From positions 8,008,141 through 8,072,140 of the forward strand of contig NC_068991.1 of assembly GCF_001194135.2 (NCBI RefSeq): 64,000 nt of DNA, written 5' to 3'. The notes below the pieces were generated by a model. That model was not told where the DNA came from, did no database searches, and saw nothing but the letters and a program-made list of their open reading frames with translations. Below, piece after piece: positions 13,700-26,801 of the stretch (positions within the stretch are counted from its first letter, which is position 1; every line of letters begins with the position of its first letter). The stretch comes from Octopus bimaculoides. Taxonomy: Eukaryota. The position numbers were made by a program, and so were the translations under genes.

Positions 13700-13958
13700 C
13701 CCGTGCCGGTGGCATGTAAAAAACACCATTCGAGCGTGGCCGTTGCCAGTACCGCCTGACTGGCCTTCATGCCGGTGGCATGTAAAAAGCACCCACTACA
13801 CTCTCGGAGTGGTTGGCGTTAGGAAGAGCATCCAGCTGTAGAAACTCTGCCAGATCAGATTGGAGTCTGGTGTAGCCATCCGCTTCGCCAGTCCCCAGTC
13901 AAATCGTCCAACCCATGCTAGCATGGAAAGCGGACGTTAAAAGATGATGATGATGATG
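13700..13958 (+). mobile_element. Retroposon family D 3' end with (GAT)n tail, young copy (about 15 copies)
   Basis: Ends aacccatgctagcatggaaagcggacgttaaaa(gat)n and is CpG-rich. It is highly similar to 63776-64000(-). Older copies lie at about 1770-1900, 10750-10900, 12290-12500, 20490-20590, 26790-26960, 39300-39390, 40680-40880, 50990-51090, 53250-53350 and 61590-61830. Confidence 0.85.
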
Positions 13959-14892
13959 TAAAAGAACTGACCCCTTTATCCATTTACTTCAGCCCCTATT
14001 ATGTGTAGTTTATGCTTCAATCCTGCGCACAAAGTCAAAGGAGTCTGACATCCCTGATCTAGAACATTTTTGCCTTTGGGGCTCAAATTTTGACACAAAC
14101 AAAGCAATCTCTCTTATTTGTTTTCCTGACTAAATAGGAAATGTGTCAGTTGACTGATTTAAAAAGAACCCCTCCCTCCAAAAAACTGTTCATTGAACGA
14201 TTTTGTATCTGTTTGTTGAACTATTCGGTGTGTGCTAGTCTGCTTAAAAAACAACAATGATTGATGTCTGCATTAAATGTAGACTAATGAACAGAAGAAC
14301 AGAAGTAAAGACTTTGAAAAGCTTACATTAGAAGAAGAAGAAAAAAGAAAACCAACTATGTACAGGGTTGCTAATTAGCTATCTATCTAATATTGAGGAA
14401 AGAAATTCTAAATCACTGACAATGAAATAAAAGTGATAACATTAAAAGAAGCAATAAAAATACTAATGATGTCTTACTTTGGCACACAGCCATGGAATTT
14501 GGAGCTGAAATATGGCTGATTGAATCAGCTGAGTTCTATGACTGGTGCTTAGTTTATTGACCCTATAGGGATGGGAGACAAAGTCAGTCCCTTAGAAATT
14601 TTGACTCATAAGGTACTGGGATGAAACTAAATATTAGCCACTCAGCTGCCTTTCAATAATAATGATAATAATAACCCTTTCTACTATAAGCACAAAGCCT
14701 GAAATTTTGGGGGAGATGGGGTGGGGGCTAGTTGATTATATTGAAGCTAGTACGTAACTGGTACTTATTTCATCAACCCCCGAAAGGTTGAAAGGCAAAG
14801 CCGACCTCAGCAGAATTTGAACTCAGAATGTAAGGACAGACGAAATGCCACTAAGCATTTTGCCCGGAATGCTAATGAGTCTGCCAGCTCAC

Positions 14893-14914
<22 letters not shown>

Positions 14915-14923
<9 letters not shown>

Positions 14924-15170
14924 AATTCTGGTTTATTGGCCACAAGGGCTAATATAAAATCAAAAACATGAAGGGACAAGCACAGGATGATAAAAACAAA
15001 GGGTTTTTCAAAAAGAAAAGGTCTGTGTAAAACATGAGATAACAGCGAAAATATAACAAGTAAAAACTCCCAATAGGGGGAGGTGCTTTGAAAGGTTACT
15101 CGTAGAAAAACCCATAAAAGCCACGGGTACCTGGTCAACAGGGTGAGAGCTTTTTCTCTGTTTTATACCT
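14915..15170 (-). mobile_element. Probable LINE 3' UTR with (ACT)n tail
   Basis: Reverse complement is a pyrimidine-rich UTR ending tagcccttgtggccaataaaccagaattt(act)n. Confidence 0.4.
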
Positions 15171-17390
15171 TTTGTAATCTCAGAATTGGTCCGTTCATAC
15201 TGGCCACTTTACCGACATTCACCCACCTTTCAACAAATTTGCTACAAGACAACACTTCCCACTCTACTCTATTTCATGTTGTTCCAGTCCACTCAGCTGG
15301 TAAAAATGAAGAGTACCTGTAATTCAAAGGGCCAGCCTTGTCGCATTCCGTGTCATGCTGAATCTCCCTGGGAACTATATTAAGGGTATGTGTGTCTGTG
15401 GAGTACTCAGCCATTGCGCATTAATTTCACGAGTAGGCTGTTCCGTTGATCGGATCAACTGGAACCCTCATCATCGGAACTGACAGAGTGGCATTTGGAT
15501 GGAGATGGTGGCATTTGGATTGAAGGAGGAGGTGAGGACTCTAACCCCACCGCCAACCTTCCCAGGCGTAGTGGGCAGAAAAAAACGGATGGAAATAATA
15601 TAAATAAGTTTAATAAAATACATATGAACAAAGGTCATCAATCAACACGAAGACATGGTTTTTGCATTGGTGTCAGGCCATACATTCGTAAGGATACATC
15701 ATAATAATGGTACTTTATTTCATTGCACCAAAAAAGACAAAAAATGAAAATCTTGACTCTAATAGGATTTGAACTCAAAGAGTATTTTACTCAATCGGCT
15801 TTATATTGATTTTGTTTTGGAGTGAGTGGGAGGGTAGGAATATTGGTTTGGCATTGTTTCTTTTCTCTTCTTTTATTTTCGATTATTTTGTATTTACGAC
15901 TATAGGTTTTATGTACTTACATTACGGTAATATACTAGTATACCATAATGACGGCAATGATTATTCATTATTTTTATATGTGCTCTGCCATACCAGCATG
16001 GGTTAGACATATCTACAATACTGCCTTGTTCCTGCTGTCTGCTGTCAGTCTAAGAAGAACATTTCAAAAAACGTATTGATTTCATGCAACAGTGTGAGGT
16101 GTGTTCGCTCAGATTAGAATCAAGCGATGCAGCAGTACTTCATCCGATTTCTGTTAATTTCTGTAAAATAATTGATAATTTGAAGTAACGAAGTATCTTT
16201 GGTGTGTTGTGTTTCAATTAAAACCCAGCCTTAATGTGGTAGCTATTGTCATTTTGAGTAGTGGGCTGAGGATAAAACGAGAAGGAAAATATGTAATTAC
16301 TGAAATCATACACTAAAGTTTGTCAAATATTAATTTTGAGTTTTCCAAGACTATTTAGAGAATATAATGTTAATTACAGTTCGATCTATTTTAGTACCTC
16401 ACTGTTTTGACCTTAACGCATGGCGGGATTTATTTTTGACTTTTCATACTTCGAGACTTGATAAAAAAAGTTTTTTGTTAAAACATTTATCTGTTTACCT
16501 GACCTGGAAGAAAAATCTCAGAAAGTTGTAAATTTTAGGAGCAAAAATTTAGGCTTTGTGTGTGTGTGTGTGTGTATGTGTGTTTGGTGGTTGGTGGAAT
16601 ACATTAGGCCAGGTGAAAGACGTTTGAGTGAAAAAAAAAAAAAGATAAGTGAATGAATCAGGTGGGCTCGGGTAGGTATGATACACAACTTGTTCAGAGA
16701 AGCCGGAACTGTCATAGTCATGGTAGAGGAAGCAGAGGGGATGGTTAGAGAGAGAGAGATTGTGGTTGTAATAAGTTAGGTGAATCAGTTGAATTACTAT
16801 TTTCTGTTTTTTAATGTGGTGTAGAACGTTTGTGTGTAGCAGCTGATCTATCTCAGATATTAGTGAGGCGCTCTGGTGTGGGTACACTTGTACTTTGTAG
16901 AAGATCTGCAGATGTTCAGAGCTGAGGTGTTGCCTTGACTTGAAGAGAGAAGGCTTACTCTCTGAGATGCAGCTTTGGGTATGTTCTCAACATGATCGCC
17001 AGAGATTTGTGTGGGTTTATTGTTTGTAAAGTGCGTTAAGATTTTATTTGTGAGTTCTTTCATTTTTTTTTTGCATGTTTCAATCACTGGACTATGGTCA
17101 TTCTATAGCACCACTTTGAAGGAGTTTTAGTCAAACAAATCAACCCCTAGTATTTGTTTTTTATGTCTGGATCTTATTCTATCAGTCTCTTTTTGTTGAA
17201 CTGCTAACTACCAGACATATAAACAAACTAGTGTGGACATATCTTTGTGCTTGTCCCTTACCATTGCTTTGACAACATCATTTCTGATGATTATTTTTAG
17301 CAATCATGTTGATAACACACCCAAAGCTGCATCTTAAAGAATAGGTCCTCTTCACAGTTTCTGTCTATCAAATTCACTTGTCTGGAGCTA

Positions 17391-17794
17391 TTACTCTTTA
17401 CTTGTGTCAATCATTTCACTGCGGCCATGCTTGGGCTCCGCCTTTAGTCAAGCAAATCGACCCCAGGACTTATTCTTTGTAAGCCTAGTACTTATTCTAT
17501 CGATCTCTTTTTGCCGAACCTCTAAGTTACGGGGACATAAACACACCAGCATCAGTTGTCAACCGAAGTTGAGGGGGACAAACACAGACACACAAACATA
17601 TACACACACATACATATATATACATATATACGATGGGCTTCTTTCAGTTTCCGTCTACCAAATCCACTCACAAGGCTTTGGTCAGCCCGAGGCTATAGTA
17701 GAAGACACTTGCCCAAGGTGCTACACAGTGGGACTGAACCCAGAACCATGTGGTTGGTAAGCAAGCTACTTACCACACAGTCACTTCTGCGCCT
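17391..17794 (-). mobile_element. tRNA-headed SINE family A, near full-length copy (about 30 copies or fragments in the window)
   Basis: Reverse complement begins aggcgcagaagtgactgtgtggtaag...ggttctgggttcagtcccac (A/B-box-like), then accttgggcaagtgtcttctactatagcc, an internal (TA/TG)n tract and a tail ending gtaaagagtaa. Homologous segments lie at about 868-1020, 2690-2830, 3270-3430, 8770-8940, 9900-10290, 12120-12270, 20595-20830, 22773-23100, 24920-25085, 29530-29700, 31255-31390, 32690-32835, 34560-34720, 35795-36060, 38245-38800, 51985-52480, 53480-53610, 54360-54700 and 57220-57390. Confidence 0.9.
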
Positions 17795-18513
17795 ATAGTA
17801 GTAAAAGATATTTACCCAAGGTGCTGTGCAGATGGACTGAACCCAAAACCATGTGGTTGCAAAGTGATCTTAACCGCACAGCCATACCTGCTGTTTGCTA
17901 ATAAAAGGAGTTTTGAGCTTTGAGGCTGTTGAAAGATGAAGTTGTAATATCCTCATTTGAGGATGTTTCAAAATATTTCGTAGTATTTCAAAGTATTTAT
18001 CAATGTTGTCAGGCATAAGTTATCTCATTTCTATATTGATGATGCCTGGATGCAAAGAGTTATTGAAAAATAGAGAGGGGGTTATCCTCTGCTTGTTTCT
18101 CTACAAAAATGTTATCAAAGTGATATTTTCATCACTATCATTGCTAACTTTACTTGACCGTTTTAACTGCAAAATTAAATTTCATGGTTATTTTAGTAAT
18201 GATGTTAAATATCTACCAAAAAGTGGAATTGGTATTTTCTGCAAGTCACATTATCTCATTTATGTTGACATATCTCAACAAAAAACAGATTGGTATATAA
18301 AACTGATTTTCTCAGTTAAGGGTAATGAAATTTTGAGCAGTAAAGAAGTTAATACTCCTGCAAAATATCCTAGTTGTGAATGGAATTATAATAGAAATCT
18401 GAGACTGCCTAGTTGCTCCTTCATTGATTTGAATAAGTAAAAGTCAAGTACTGGAATTGATTTAACTGCAAAATTTATTTTCTTGGTTATTCCAGCAACA
18501 ATGTTAAATACCT

Positions 18514-18549
<36 letters not shown>

Positions 18550-19183
18550 TGGAAATAGAATTTCCAGAGTAAAATGATAAATAAATTGAAGTTTGAAGCT
18601 AAAACTGCTGTTTGAACTCCAGTGTCTGGTATTGTACGAGGTGTATGGTTTGGCCTTGTAAAGTCTTCAGTATTCAGCAATGAACAAACTGTGTCAGACA
18701 TTGTACAGACTCAGCTGCTGCAGTTTTCTCTGTAAAATATTCTTGTTTTCCATTTATATTTTAGATAGTTTCAAGTTGCAGTGGGTTCTATTTCTCAAAA
18801 CTTTTCTCAGTTCCCTGTTTGCAACTGAAAATTAATAGTTTATATATATATAATAAAAAAAAAAAAAGAACAAAAAAAAAATCCCCAGAAACGTTGTCAT
18901 TGTCATCTTTTGGTTTTCTATCACCATTGTTTCAAGTCAGCATTGTTCTTAGTTTCTTTGTTTCTGTCATCAGTGTCATTATTATCATTGTCAGCATCTT
19001 ATTCCCCATCCACTTGCTAGATCTGCTCTGCAACATCTGTTACTGTATAGTAAACATTGAGAGATGCTTTAATTCTATATACATCAATGCATATGTGTTC
19101 CAAATGAAGGTGTTTGAATAAGGTCATCATCATCATTGTCATCATCCTTCTTTCTACATCCATTTTTTTCTCCATTATAGCTT

Positions 19184-19273
19184 GGATAGGTCTTGAGGTC
19201 TTGAGACATTGTTGATAGGATAGGTCTTGAGGTCTTGAGACATTGTTGATAGGATAGGTCTTGAGACATTGTT
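19184..19273. repeat. 34-bp tandem repeat, two identical copies plus a deleted third
   Basis: ggataggtcttgaggtcttgagacattgttgata at 19184 and 19218, with a shorter copy at 19252. Confidence 0.92.
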
Positions 19274-22095
19274 GGTCTTTTTTTGTCATTGGTGAGCTGT
19301 ATTGCAGAAACAGTAACTTAACCATCTCTGCCGTGCCTGGGCTGTTTCCGGAAACAAGTACCTAGTCTCCTCTCTCTTACCATTTCTCCACTCATGGATA
19401 TACCACGAAGGAAAGACAAAACAATATGTCCACAACATTCGGAGCTGCAGGGGATGCCAGATATTGGTTAAGCATAACCATACATATGTGCCTTTAGGTC
19501 CCTTGCTCCAGATTTTCCATTGGAGTTTATTCTTGAAGCATATCATCCACTTTACAACATGGATTGGATTACCCATGTCCAGTCCATTGCAGGATGAAAG
19601 TCTCAGCATGTTCTCTCCACCAACCATGGTCTGATGTGGAGGCCATGAATTTCACTTAGGGGTCATACTGGTTTGATGAGCCTACTGTACCACACTGACT
19701 TGACATGGCTTTGCAGAGGGGGTGCAGTTTATACTCATACCCAGGAGTAGTTAAGTTATTACATCAATCCCAATGTTCAACCAGTACCATTTTATCGACC
19801 TTGAAAGGACGAAAGACAAAACTTGACCTTGGTGGAATTTGAACTCAGAACATAAGGATGGATGTAATACCACTAAGCATTTCACCTGACATTCTAACAA
19901 CTCTGCCAGCTCATCTTTTACAGCATAAACGGAGTATATTTTATTGTAACACTAGCACTAGAGGGGCTCTTTACAGTAAGACTATTCTGTATTAGTTTTT
20001 ATTTGGAGCAACTGCCCTCCGAGATGGTTTTCTTTAGGGTTGTGGAGTTGGGGTTCAGAGCCAGTGTTGGAAGCAGTCATTGGGTTACTGGAATTGGAGT
20101 TGATAAAAATGTTTCCAATCTGACTCTGATTAAATGTAAATTGTAACATAATCTGTTAAAATTTCAATGTTTTCATCTCAAAAAGAAATATTTCTGTGTT
20201 TAATTGAGTTTTTTCTCTTTTAAAATGGTTGTTTGTAAAATTGCTTTAGGTGGTTCAATGTTTTGGTTTTAATGCGAATAATGTACTTCAGATTTTTTAA
20301 TTGCTAACAATGTTTCTGGATTTTTTTAATAGTTTTCTTAGTTTTTTTTCTTTTATATCTTTTTTTTTTNNNNNNNNNNTTTTTTTTTTTTTAGCCTTTA
20401 GATAAAAAAAAACAAACAAACACTTAAAAAAATTTTTTCCAAGTTTTCTTTTATGCTTATTTATTCGTAACTTCTTTAATCATCATCATTTAACATCCGT
20501 GTTCTGTGCTAACATAGGTTGGATGGTTTAACAAGATCCAGTGAGTCCAAGAACTGCATCATGTTCCAGTGTCCGCTTTGGCATGGTTTCTGCAGTTACT
20601 CTTTTACTTGTTTCAGTCATTTGACTGCGACCATACTGGAGCACCACCTTTAGTTGAAGAAATCGACCCCGGGATTTATTCTTTGTAAGCCTAGTATTTA
20701 TTCTATCGGTCTCGTTTGCCGAACCGCTAAGTTACGGGGACGTAAACACACCATTAGTTGTCAAGCGATGTTGGGGGACAAACACAGACACACAAACATA
20801 TACACACACATACATACATACATACATACATTATATANNNNNNNNNNNNNNNNNNNNNNNNNNNNNNNNNNNNNNNNNNNNNNNNNNNNNNNNNNNNNNN
20901 NNNNNNNNNNNNNNNNNNNNNNNNNNNNNNNNNNNNNNNNNNNNNNNNNNNNNNNNNNNNNNNNNNNNNNNNNNNNNNNNNNNNNNNNNNNNNNNNNNNN
21001 NNNNNNNNNNNNNNNNNNNNNNNNNNNNNNNNNNNNNNNNNNNNNNNNNNNNNNNNNNNNNNNNNNNNNNNNNNNNNNNNNNNNNNNNNNNNNNNNNNNN
21101 NNNNNNNNNNNNNNNNNNNNNNNNNNNNNNNNNNNNNNNNNNNNNNNNNNNNNNNNNNNNNNNNNNNNNNNNNNNNNNNNNNNNNNNNNNNNNNNNNNNN
21201 NNNNNNNNNNNNNNNNNNNNNNNNNNNNNNNNNNNNNNNNNNNNNNNNNNNNNNNNNNNNNNNNNNNNNNNNNNNNNNNNNNNNNNNNNNNNNNNNNNNN
21301 NNNNNNNNNNNNNNNNNNNNNNNNNNNNNNNNNNNNNNNNNNNNNNNNNNNNNNNNNNNNNNNNNNNNNNNNNNNNNNNNNNGGAATTGGTAAGGGATAG
21401 AAAAAGTGCTGATGAGGTGTCAAAGTGGACAGAGCAATAAGGTGTCAGGTACAAGGTGGGTAGGGTGGGGGCTGAGGTACCAGGAGCGAGTGGAGGGGGG
21501 GAATAAGAGACTGCTGATAGTGCAAGGGAGCAGCAGCAGAATATTATAAGTGATGATACAGTAAGCAGGAGAAGGACAAAAGATGACATGCTATTGGGTA
21601 TGTTGTGGGAGTGGATAGGGAAAAGAGAGGCAGGTGCAGTATGTGAGGAGAGTGACACATATGGTGGAGGGAAGGAGAAATAATTTCATGGCAAAGTAGG
21701 AGTGGGTGATCAATGACAGTTTGGATGAATAATAGCGAAAAGAGCCACAACACAACAGCTTATAGCCTTTAAAACCAAACTTATTACAGGTTAGGGTGCT
21801 AAAAAGTAGCGTGATGATTCACATTGGCCATGTGTTATTGTGTGTGCTTTCACTCAAAAGAAATATGAATCTAATTATAAATAGATGAGTCACTGTTGAT
21901 GGGTACCATAGACTGATTAGTTGAAGTTTGAGCTTTTGTGTACCAACTTCACAACCCTGGTTTCTCTGTGATGCGGAAGGAGGGGGTGTCCACAGCACCG
22001 TCATTCCTTCCTTTCTTTTATGGTTATCATTTAATGCCAGCTACATATCAGGAAGAAATGACAAATAATATATGTGTGTGTGTGTGTGTGTGTGC

Positions 22096-22139
<44 letters not shown>

Positions 22140-24062
22140 ATATATATATATATGTGTGTGTGTATGAATGTATGTATATATATATGTATGTATATATATA
22201 TGTATGTATATATATATGTATGNNNNNNNNNNNNNNNNNNNNNNNNNNNNNNNNNNNNNNNNNNNNNNNNNNNNNNNNNNNNNNNNNNNNNNNNNNNNNN
22301 NNNNNNNNNNNNNNNNNNNNNNNNNNNNNNNNNNNNNNNNNNNNNNNNNNNNNNNNNNNNNNNNNNNNNNNNNNNNNNNNNNNNNNNNNNNNNNNNNNNN
22401 NNNNNNNNNNNNNNNNNNNNNNNNNNNNNNNNNNNNNNNNNNNNNNNNNNNNNNNNNNNNNNNNNNNNNNNNNNNNNNNNNNNNNNNNNNNNNNNNNNNN
22501 NNNNNNNNNNNNNNNNNNNNNNNNNNNNNNNNNNNNNNNNNNNNNNNNNNNNNNNNNNNNNNNNNNNNNNNNNNNNNNNNNNNNNNNNNNNNNNNNNNNN
22601 NNNNNNNNNNNNNNNNNNNNNNNNNNNNNNNNNNNNNNNNNNNNNNNNNNNNNNNNNNNNNNNNNNNNNNNNNNNNNNNNNNNNNNNNNNNNNNNNNNNN
22701 NNNNNNNNNNNNNNNNNNNNNNNNNNNNNNNNNNNNNNNNNNNNNNNNNNNNNNNNNNNNNNNNNNNNNNNNGTCAAACACAGACACACAAATATATACA
22801 TGTATACATATACATATATATATATACATACACAATGGGCTTCTTTCAGTTTCCGTCTACCAAATCCACTCACAAGGTTTTGGTCGGCTCAAAGCTATAG
22901 TACAAGACACTTGCCCAAGGTGCCACGCAGTGGAACTGAACCTGGAATCCACTGGAACCTGTTAAATCCACTCCTAAGACTTTGGTTTCTCTTATTGTTA
23001 TTGTATAAAACACTTACTCATAGTGCCTTGCAGTGGGACTGAACCCGGACCCTTATGGTTGGGAAACAAACTTCTTAACCGCACAGCTATGCCTGGTTGT
23101 GGAATGCAGACCTTTATCCTTTCTGTGGTTAAGTCGACACCCTGGTGATTCAAGTGGGATGATACAACTCTGACACTATTGTATATAGACTGAAATACAA
23201 TGCCACAATAGGAAATATTACTTAGCAACACCCAGCTAAAAGAGGCAACCAAATCCATAAGGACACCCTCTTCATATACATAAGTATGTGATTGTTCCAT
23301 AAATATTAACTATTGTATAATAAAATCAGTCTTACTTGAAGAAAACCGAATTAGAAAATGCCAGGACATAAATTGTAGGATCCAGTCAAGTCGCTTTTGA
23401 TTAGATTTGCATTAATTAAAAGTCAACTTCTGCTAGCAAGCTAATTTGTTTCTCTTCCATAGTCTTTAGAAATGTTTTTTAATTATCACAAGATTTTTGG
23501 TTTGAATAGCTATTTGAGATGGTGGAAAGAATCCATTGTCTGAAAGGAAATCGAAAAATAAATAGAAAATAAAGAGGATGGTAGTGGTGGTGGATTTTAC
23601 ATCTGAAATCTCTGCTTACCATTCTCTTGTTTCCTTGTTTTAAGTACAAACTTATTGCTTCTTGGTTTTCATTGCTGCTGGGTTGTAAAAACGGAGAAAC
23701 ATCTCCGGAGAAAATTTTTGTAGTGGTGAGAGAAAGACAAGTAAAATCAACAAGAGATATCTTTAAATAAAAAGGCAACAAGAACTATAGAAGAATTTCT
23801 GGTCTTTTGGGCGTTTTATATATTTCATTTTTTTTAAAGAAAAATGAAATTGGTATTAGGCTGGTAATTTAGTTCTGCAAATTTTGGCAAGTGATATATG
23901 AATTACTGAAGCAAATATTTTTGTAGTTGATTGGGTTTTCTTGTTAAAATTTATGAACTTGAACAGAGCGATGCTAGTTTAATGCTTTTTGCTTAACCTA
24001 AAAACAGCCCTGATTGAGAAAACCAGTTCCAACCAGTGGCCACCATCTAATTTTTTTAGAAC

Positions 24063-24170
24063 TACCATATTTAATGGTATAAAAGATGCACAAGCATTTT
24101 AGATGCACCCTAATTTCAGCAGTGCATATTGAGGGGAAAAAATAGTTTTGGTGCATTAGAGCTTATGGAA
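24063..24170. mobile_element. Possible pogo/Tc2-type terminus, CpG-decayed
   Basis: taccatattt...ataaaagatgcac...tagatgcaccctaattt resembles TACCGTATTT...TATAAGACGCAC termini. Confidence 0.3.
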
Positions 24171-24654
24171 GGCTCAACTTCACAAATAGGACCTGGGGTG
24201 AGACACTTTTGGGAGGGGGGGGGATAAATATATACTTACATATGACCTTACATATGACCCCAAAACCATATGATTGTGGAGCAAACATCTTCACCACACA
24301 AACCTGCACCAGTTGTGGTACTTATTGACAGAAATATCTGGGGTAATGTATTTTGGTTGCATTTGTGTTCCTGAGTAAGTTTTAAACAAGTCAGCCACAA
24401 AAATATGAATAATTGACAATATTAATTGGAAATACAATCTGGATTAACCACTTAGGGATACAACTATGCTGGCTGTTAACTTCTTATAGAGATTTACGAG
24501 GAGAAAAATGGAATGTTTGCAGTTTTATTGTTTTTCCCAACGGCTTTAACAATGAATCTGACTTGGTATAGTTTTGTTTGGGATTCAAAACAAAGTCAGG
24601 CTATGAATACAACCTGATGGCAACTTCAAGCTTATTATTATTCAATTATTCATA

Positions 24655-24745
24655 AGCTTCACTTTAACAGAAGTCTAGAAGCAAAAGATATCTGGCCACC
24701 TACTTGGCTGGTGCTGATTATGGTGACGACAGTGCTCTTCACGGA
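24655..24745 (+). mobile_element. RTE-type reverse transcriptase fragment around the YADD motif, decayed
   Basis: FTLTE / frameshift / SRSKRYLATYLAGADYGDDSALH resembles the recalled RTE motif 'GFTL..RSRRYPA..ITDADYADD.AL'. Confidence 0.55.
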
Positions 24746-25619
24746 CAACACAATACCCATGCAAATAATAAAAATAATATCTTCAGAGCAATTCCAATCA
24801 CTACTATTATAACCACAACAGGTCACATTTCGATCACTTGACCATTTAAGAGGATTCCACCAACATCCTATTACTGTCATACAGCTCCCGTATTCTTCTT
24901 CTTCTTACATACATACACATACACAACCGACTTCTTTTGAGTTTCTTTTTTCCAAATTCATTAGCAATGCATCAGTCAGCTCAGGGCTATAGTAGTCAAT
25001 GTCCAAGGTGCTCTGCAGTGGGACTGAACCTGAAACCATATGATTATAAAGCGAGCTCCTTAACCACGCAGCCATGCCTGTGCCAATGCATAAAAAAATT
25101 CTACTCCTAATTAAGTTTGCTACTCTCTCTGAAATTTTCACAATGTTTAACAGTGGTCATTTCTAATGAGAAGCCATTGAAGTTCACAAGACTTTCACTT
25201 TCGGTTAATCATTAATGATGTCCTTTGGGTAGTAATTTTATTTCTTCACTAATTATTATAATGTTTAAAAGAAGAGAAAAACTATCTTTTAAGTAACTTT
25301 TTTGCTTTTTTTAATTTAAATATTTTTTTTATTTGTTTCTTGCTTTCTTTTATTTTTTAGTTTGTTTTTACTGATTTACTATTAGTCTTCGTATCTTGCT
25401 TGCTTTCATTATTCTCTTTTTTTATATAAATTCTTTTCTGTTTTTTTTTTTAATATAAATTTTCTCATCTTATCTTCTTCTCATTATCCACTTTCTTTTT
25501 CGTCACCCTTATCATTGATAGTTTTTTGTGTTTCTTTCCCTCATATATATATATATATATATGGGAGAATTTACGAAAAAAACAACAACAGACGAGGACA
25601 GGTGGTGTAATGGTGGTTG

Positions 25620-26059
25620 TCTACTCCTTATGCAGAGTTTGACTACCTCCTGTACCTACACCTTAACACCATCATGGCATCTGATGTGGCTTTTCAAACC
25701 AGACAATGTTCTGGAAAGATACCTACATAGATTGCACATCCAATTTGGACCACCAAGAGCTGCAGATAAGTTCTGATCTTTGTGGTTCTTAAAATGTCTT
25801 TTGAGGCCTCCATTGGATTTGCAAACCTTCTGGCATACACTGCATTGAAAGGTGTGCACAGACATACAGGCAGAATAGTTGGTGGACGTTTGTTTTCCAT
25901 GGGTTTGTAAATGAGATTTGAGCCCAGCAAAAGACAGGCATGGTCTGTCAGAAACGGCACACAAAAAGGTTATTGTCATTCACCTTCTCGACTGTTACAT
26001 TCTTCTTTAGATCTCTTTTGAGTCTTACATGCATTATCCTGGCCTCCTCAAATACTTTC
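25620..26059 (-). mobile_element. Probable RTE-type LINE 3' end with three C2H2 zinc fingers, frameshifted; 5' part lost in a gap
   Basis: KVFEEARIMHVRLKRDLKK (frame 1), then CAVSDRPCLSFAGLKSHLQTH, CSVCQKVCKSNGGLKRHFKNH and CNLCRYLSRTLSGLKSHIRCH (ORF 25656-25979). All have C-x2-C/S-x12-H-x3-H spacing, the 'S..GL.SH.R.H' pattern of RTE C-termini, and no TGEKP linkers. Confidence 0.65.
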
Positions 26060-26761
26060 NNNNNNNNNNNNNNNNNNNNNNNNNNNNNNNNNNNNNNNNN
26101 NNNNNNNNNNNNNNNNNNNNNNNNNNNNNNNNNNNNNNNNNNNNNNNNNNNNNNNNNNNNNNNNNNNNNNNNNNNNNNNNNNNNNNNNNNNNNNNNNNNN
26201 NNNNNNNNNNNNNNNNNNNNNNNNNNNNNNNNNNNNNNNNNNNNNNNNNNNNNNNNNNNNNNNNNNNNNNNNNNNNNNNNNNNNNNNNNNNNNNNNNNNN
26301 NNNNNNNNNNNNNNNNNNNNNNNNNNNNNNNNNNNNNNNNNNNNNNNNNNNNNNNNNNNNNNNNNNNNNNNNNNNNNNNNNNNNNNNNNNNNNNNNNNNN
26401 NNNNNNNNNNNNNNNNNNNNNNNNNNNNNNNNNNNNNNNNNNNNNNNNNNNNNNNNNNNNNNNNNNNNNNNNNNNNNNNNNNNNNNNNNNNNNNNNNNNN
26501 NNNNNNNNNNNNNNNNNNNNNNNNNNNNNNNNNNNNNNNNNNNNNNNNNNNNNNNNNNNNNNNNNNNNNNNNATATATATATCACTGATTTGATATTTCT
26601 TTCACCTTTTTGTTGTTTTTGGCATCAGTATGCTGATAAGCATTTCAGCAACTTCAGATATTTACATTAATCGGAGGATTAAATATGATGACAGATACAT
26701 AAAGAGTTCTTCTTCATCATCATAAGTATTGTTGTCGTCGTCCTCCTCCTCCTCCTCCTCC

Positions 26762-26801
<40 letters not shown>

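Noticed and set aside
19286-19627. 113-aa ORF with an LQWTGH-like word in another frame
   Set aside because: Possibly a very old LINE remnant, but the remaining motifs cannot be recovered.
21409-21445. CTGATGAG motif as a possible hammerhead
   Set aside because: No stem II followed by GAAA.
21460-21505. G-quadruplex candidate
   Set aside because: Irregular G-tracts in decayed purine-rich low-complexity sequence, with nothing indicating function.
25656-25979. Host C2H2 zinc-finger gene exon
   Set aside because: No TGEKP linkers, a frameshift upstream, an RTE-like FEEAR..KR..K segment and a short tail; a retroelement origin is preferred but not proven.
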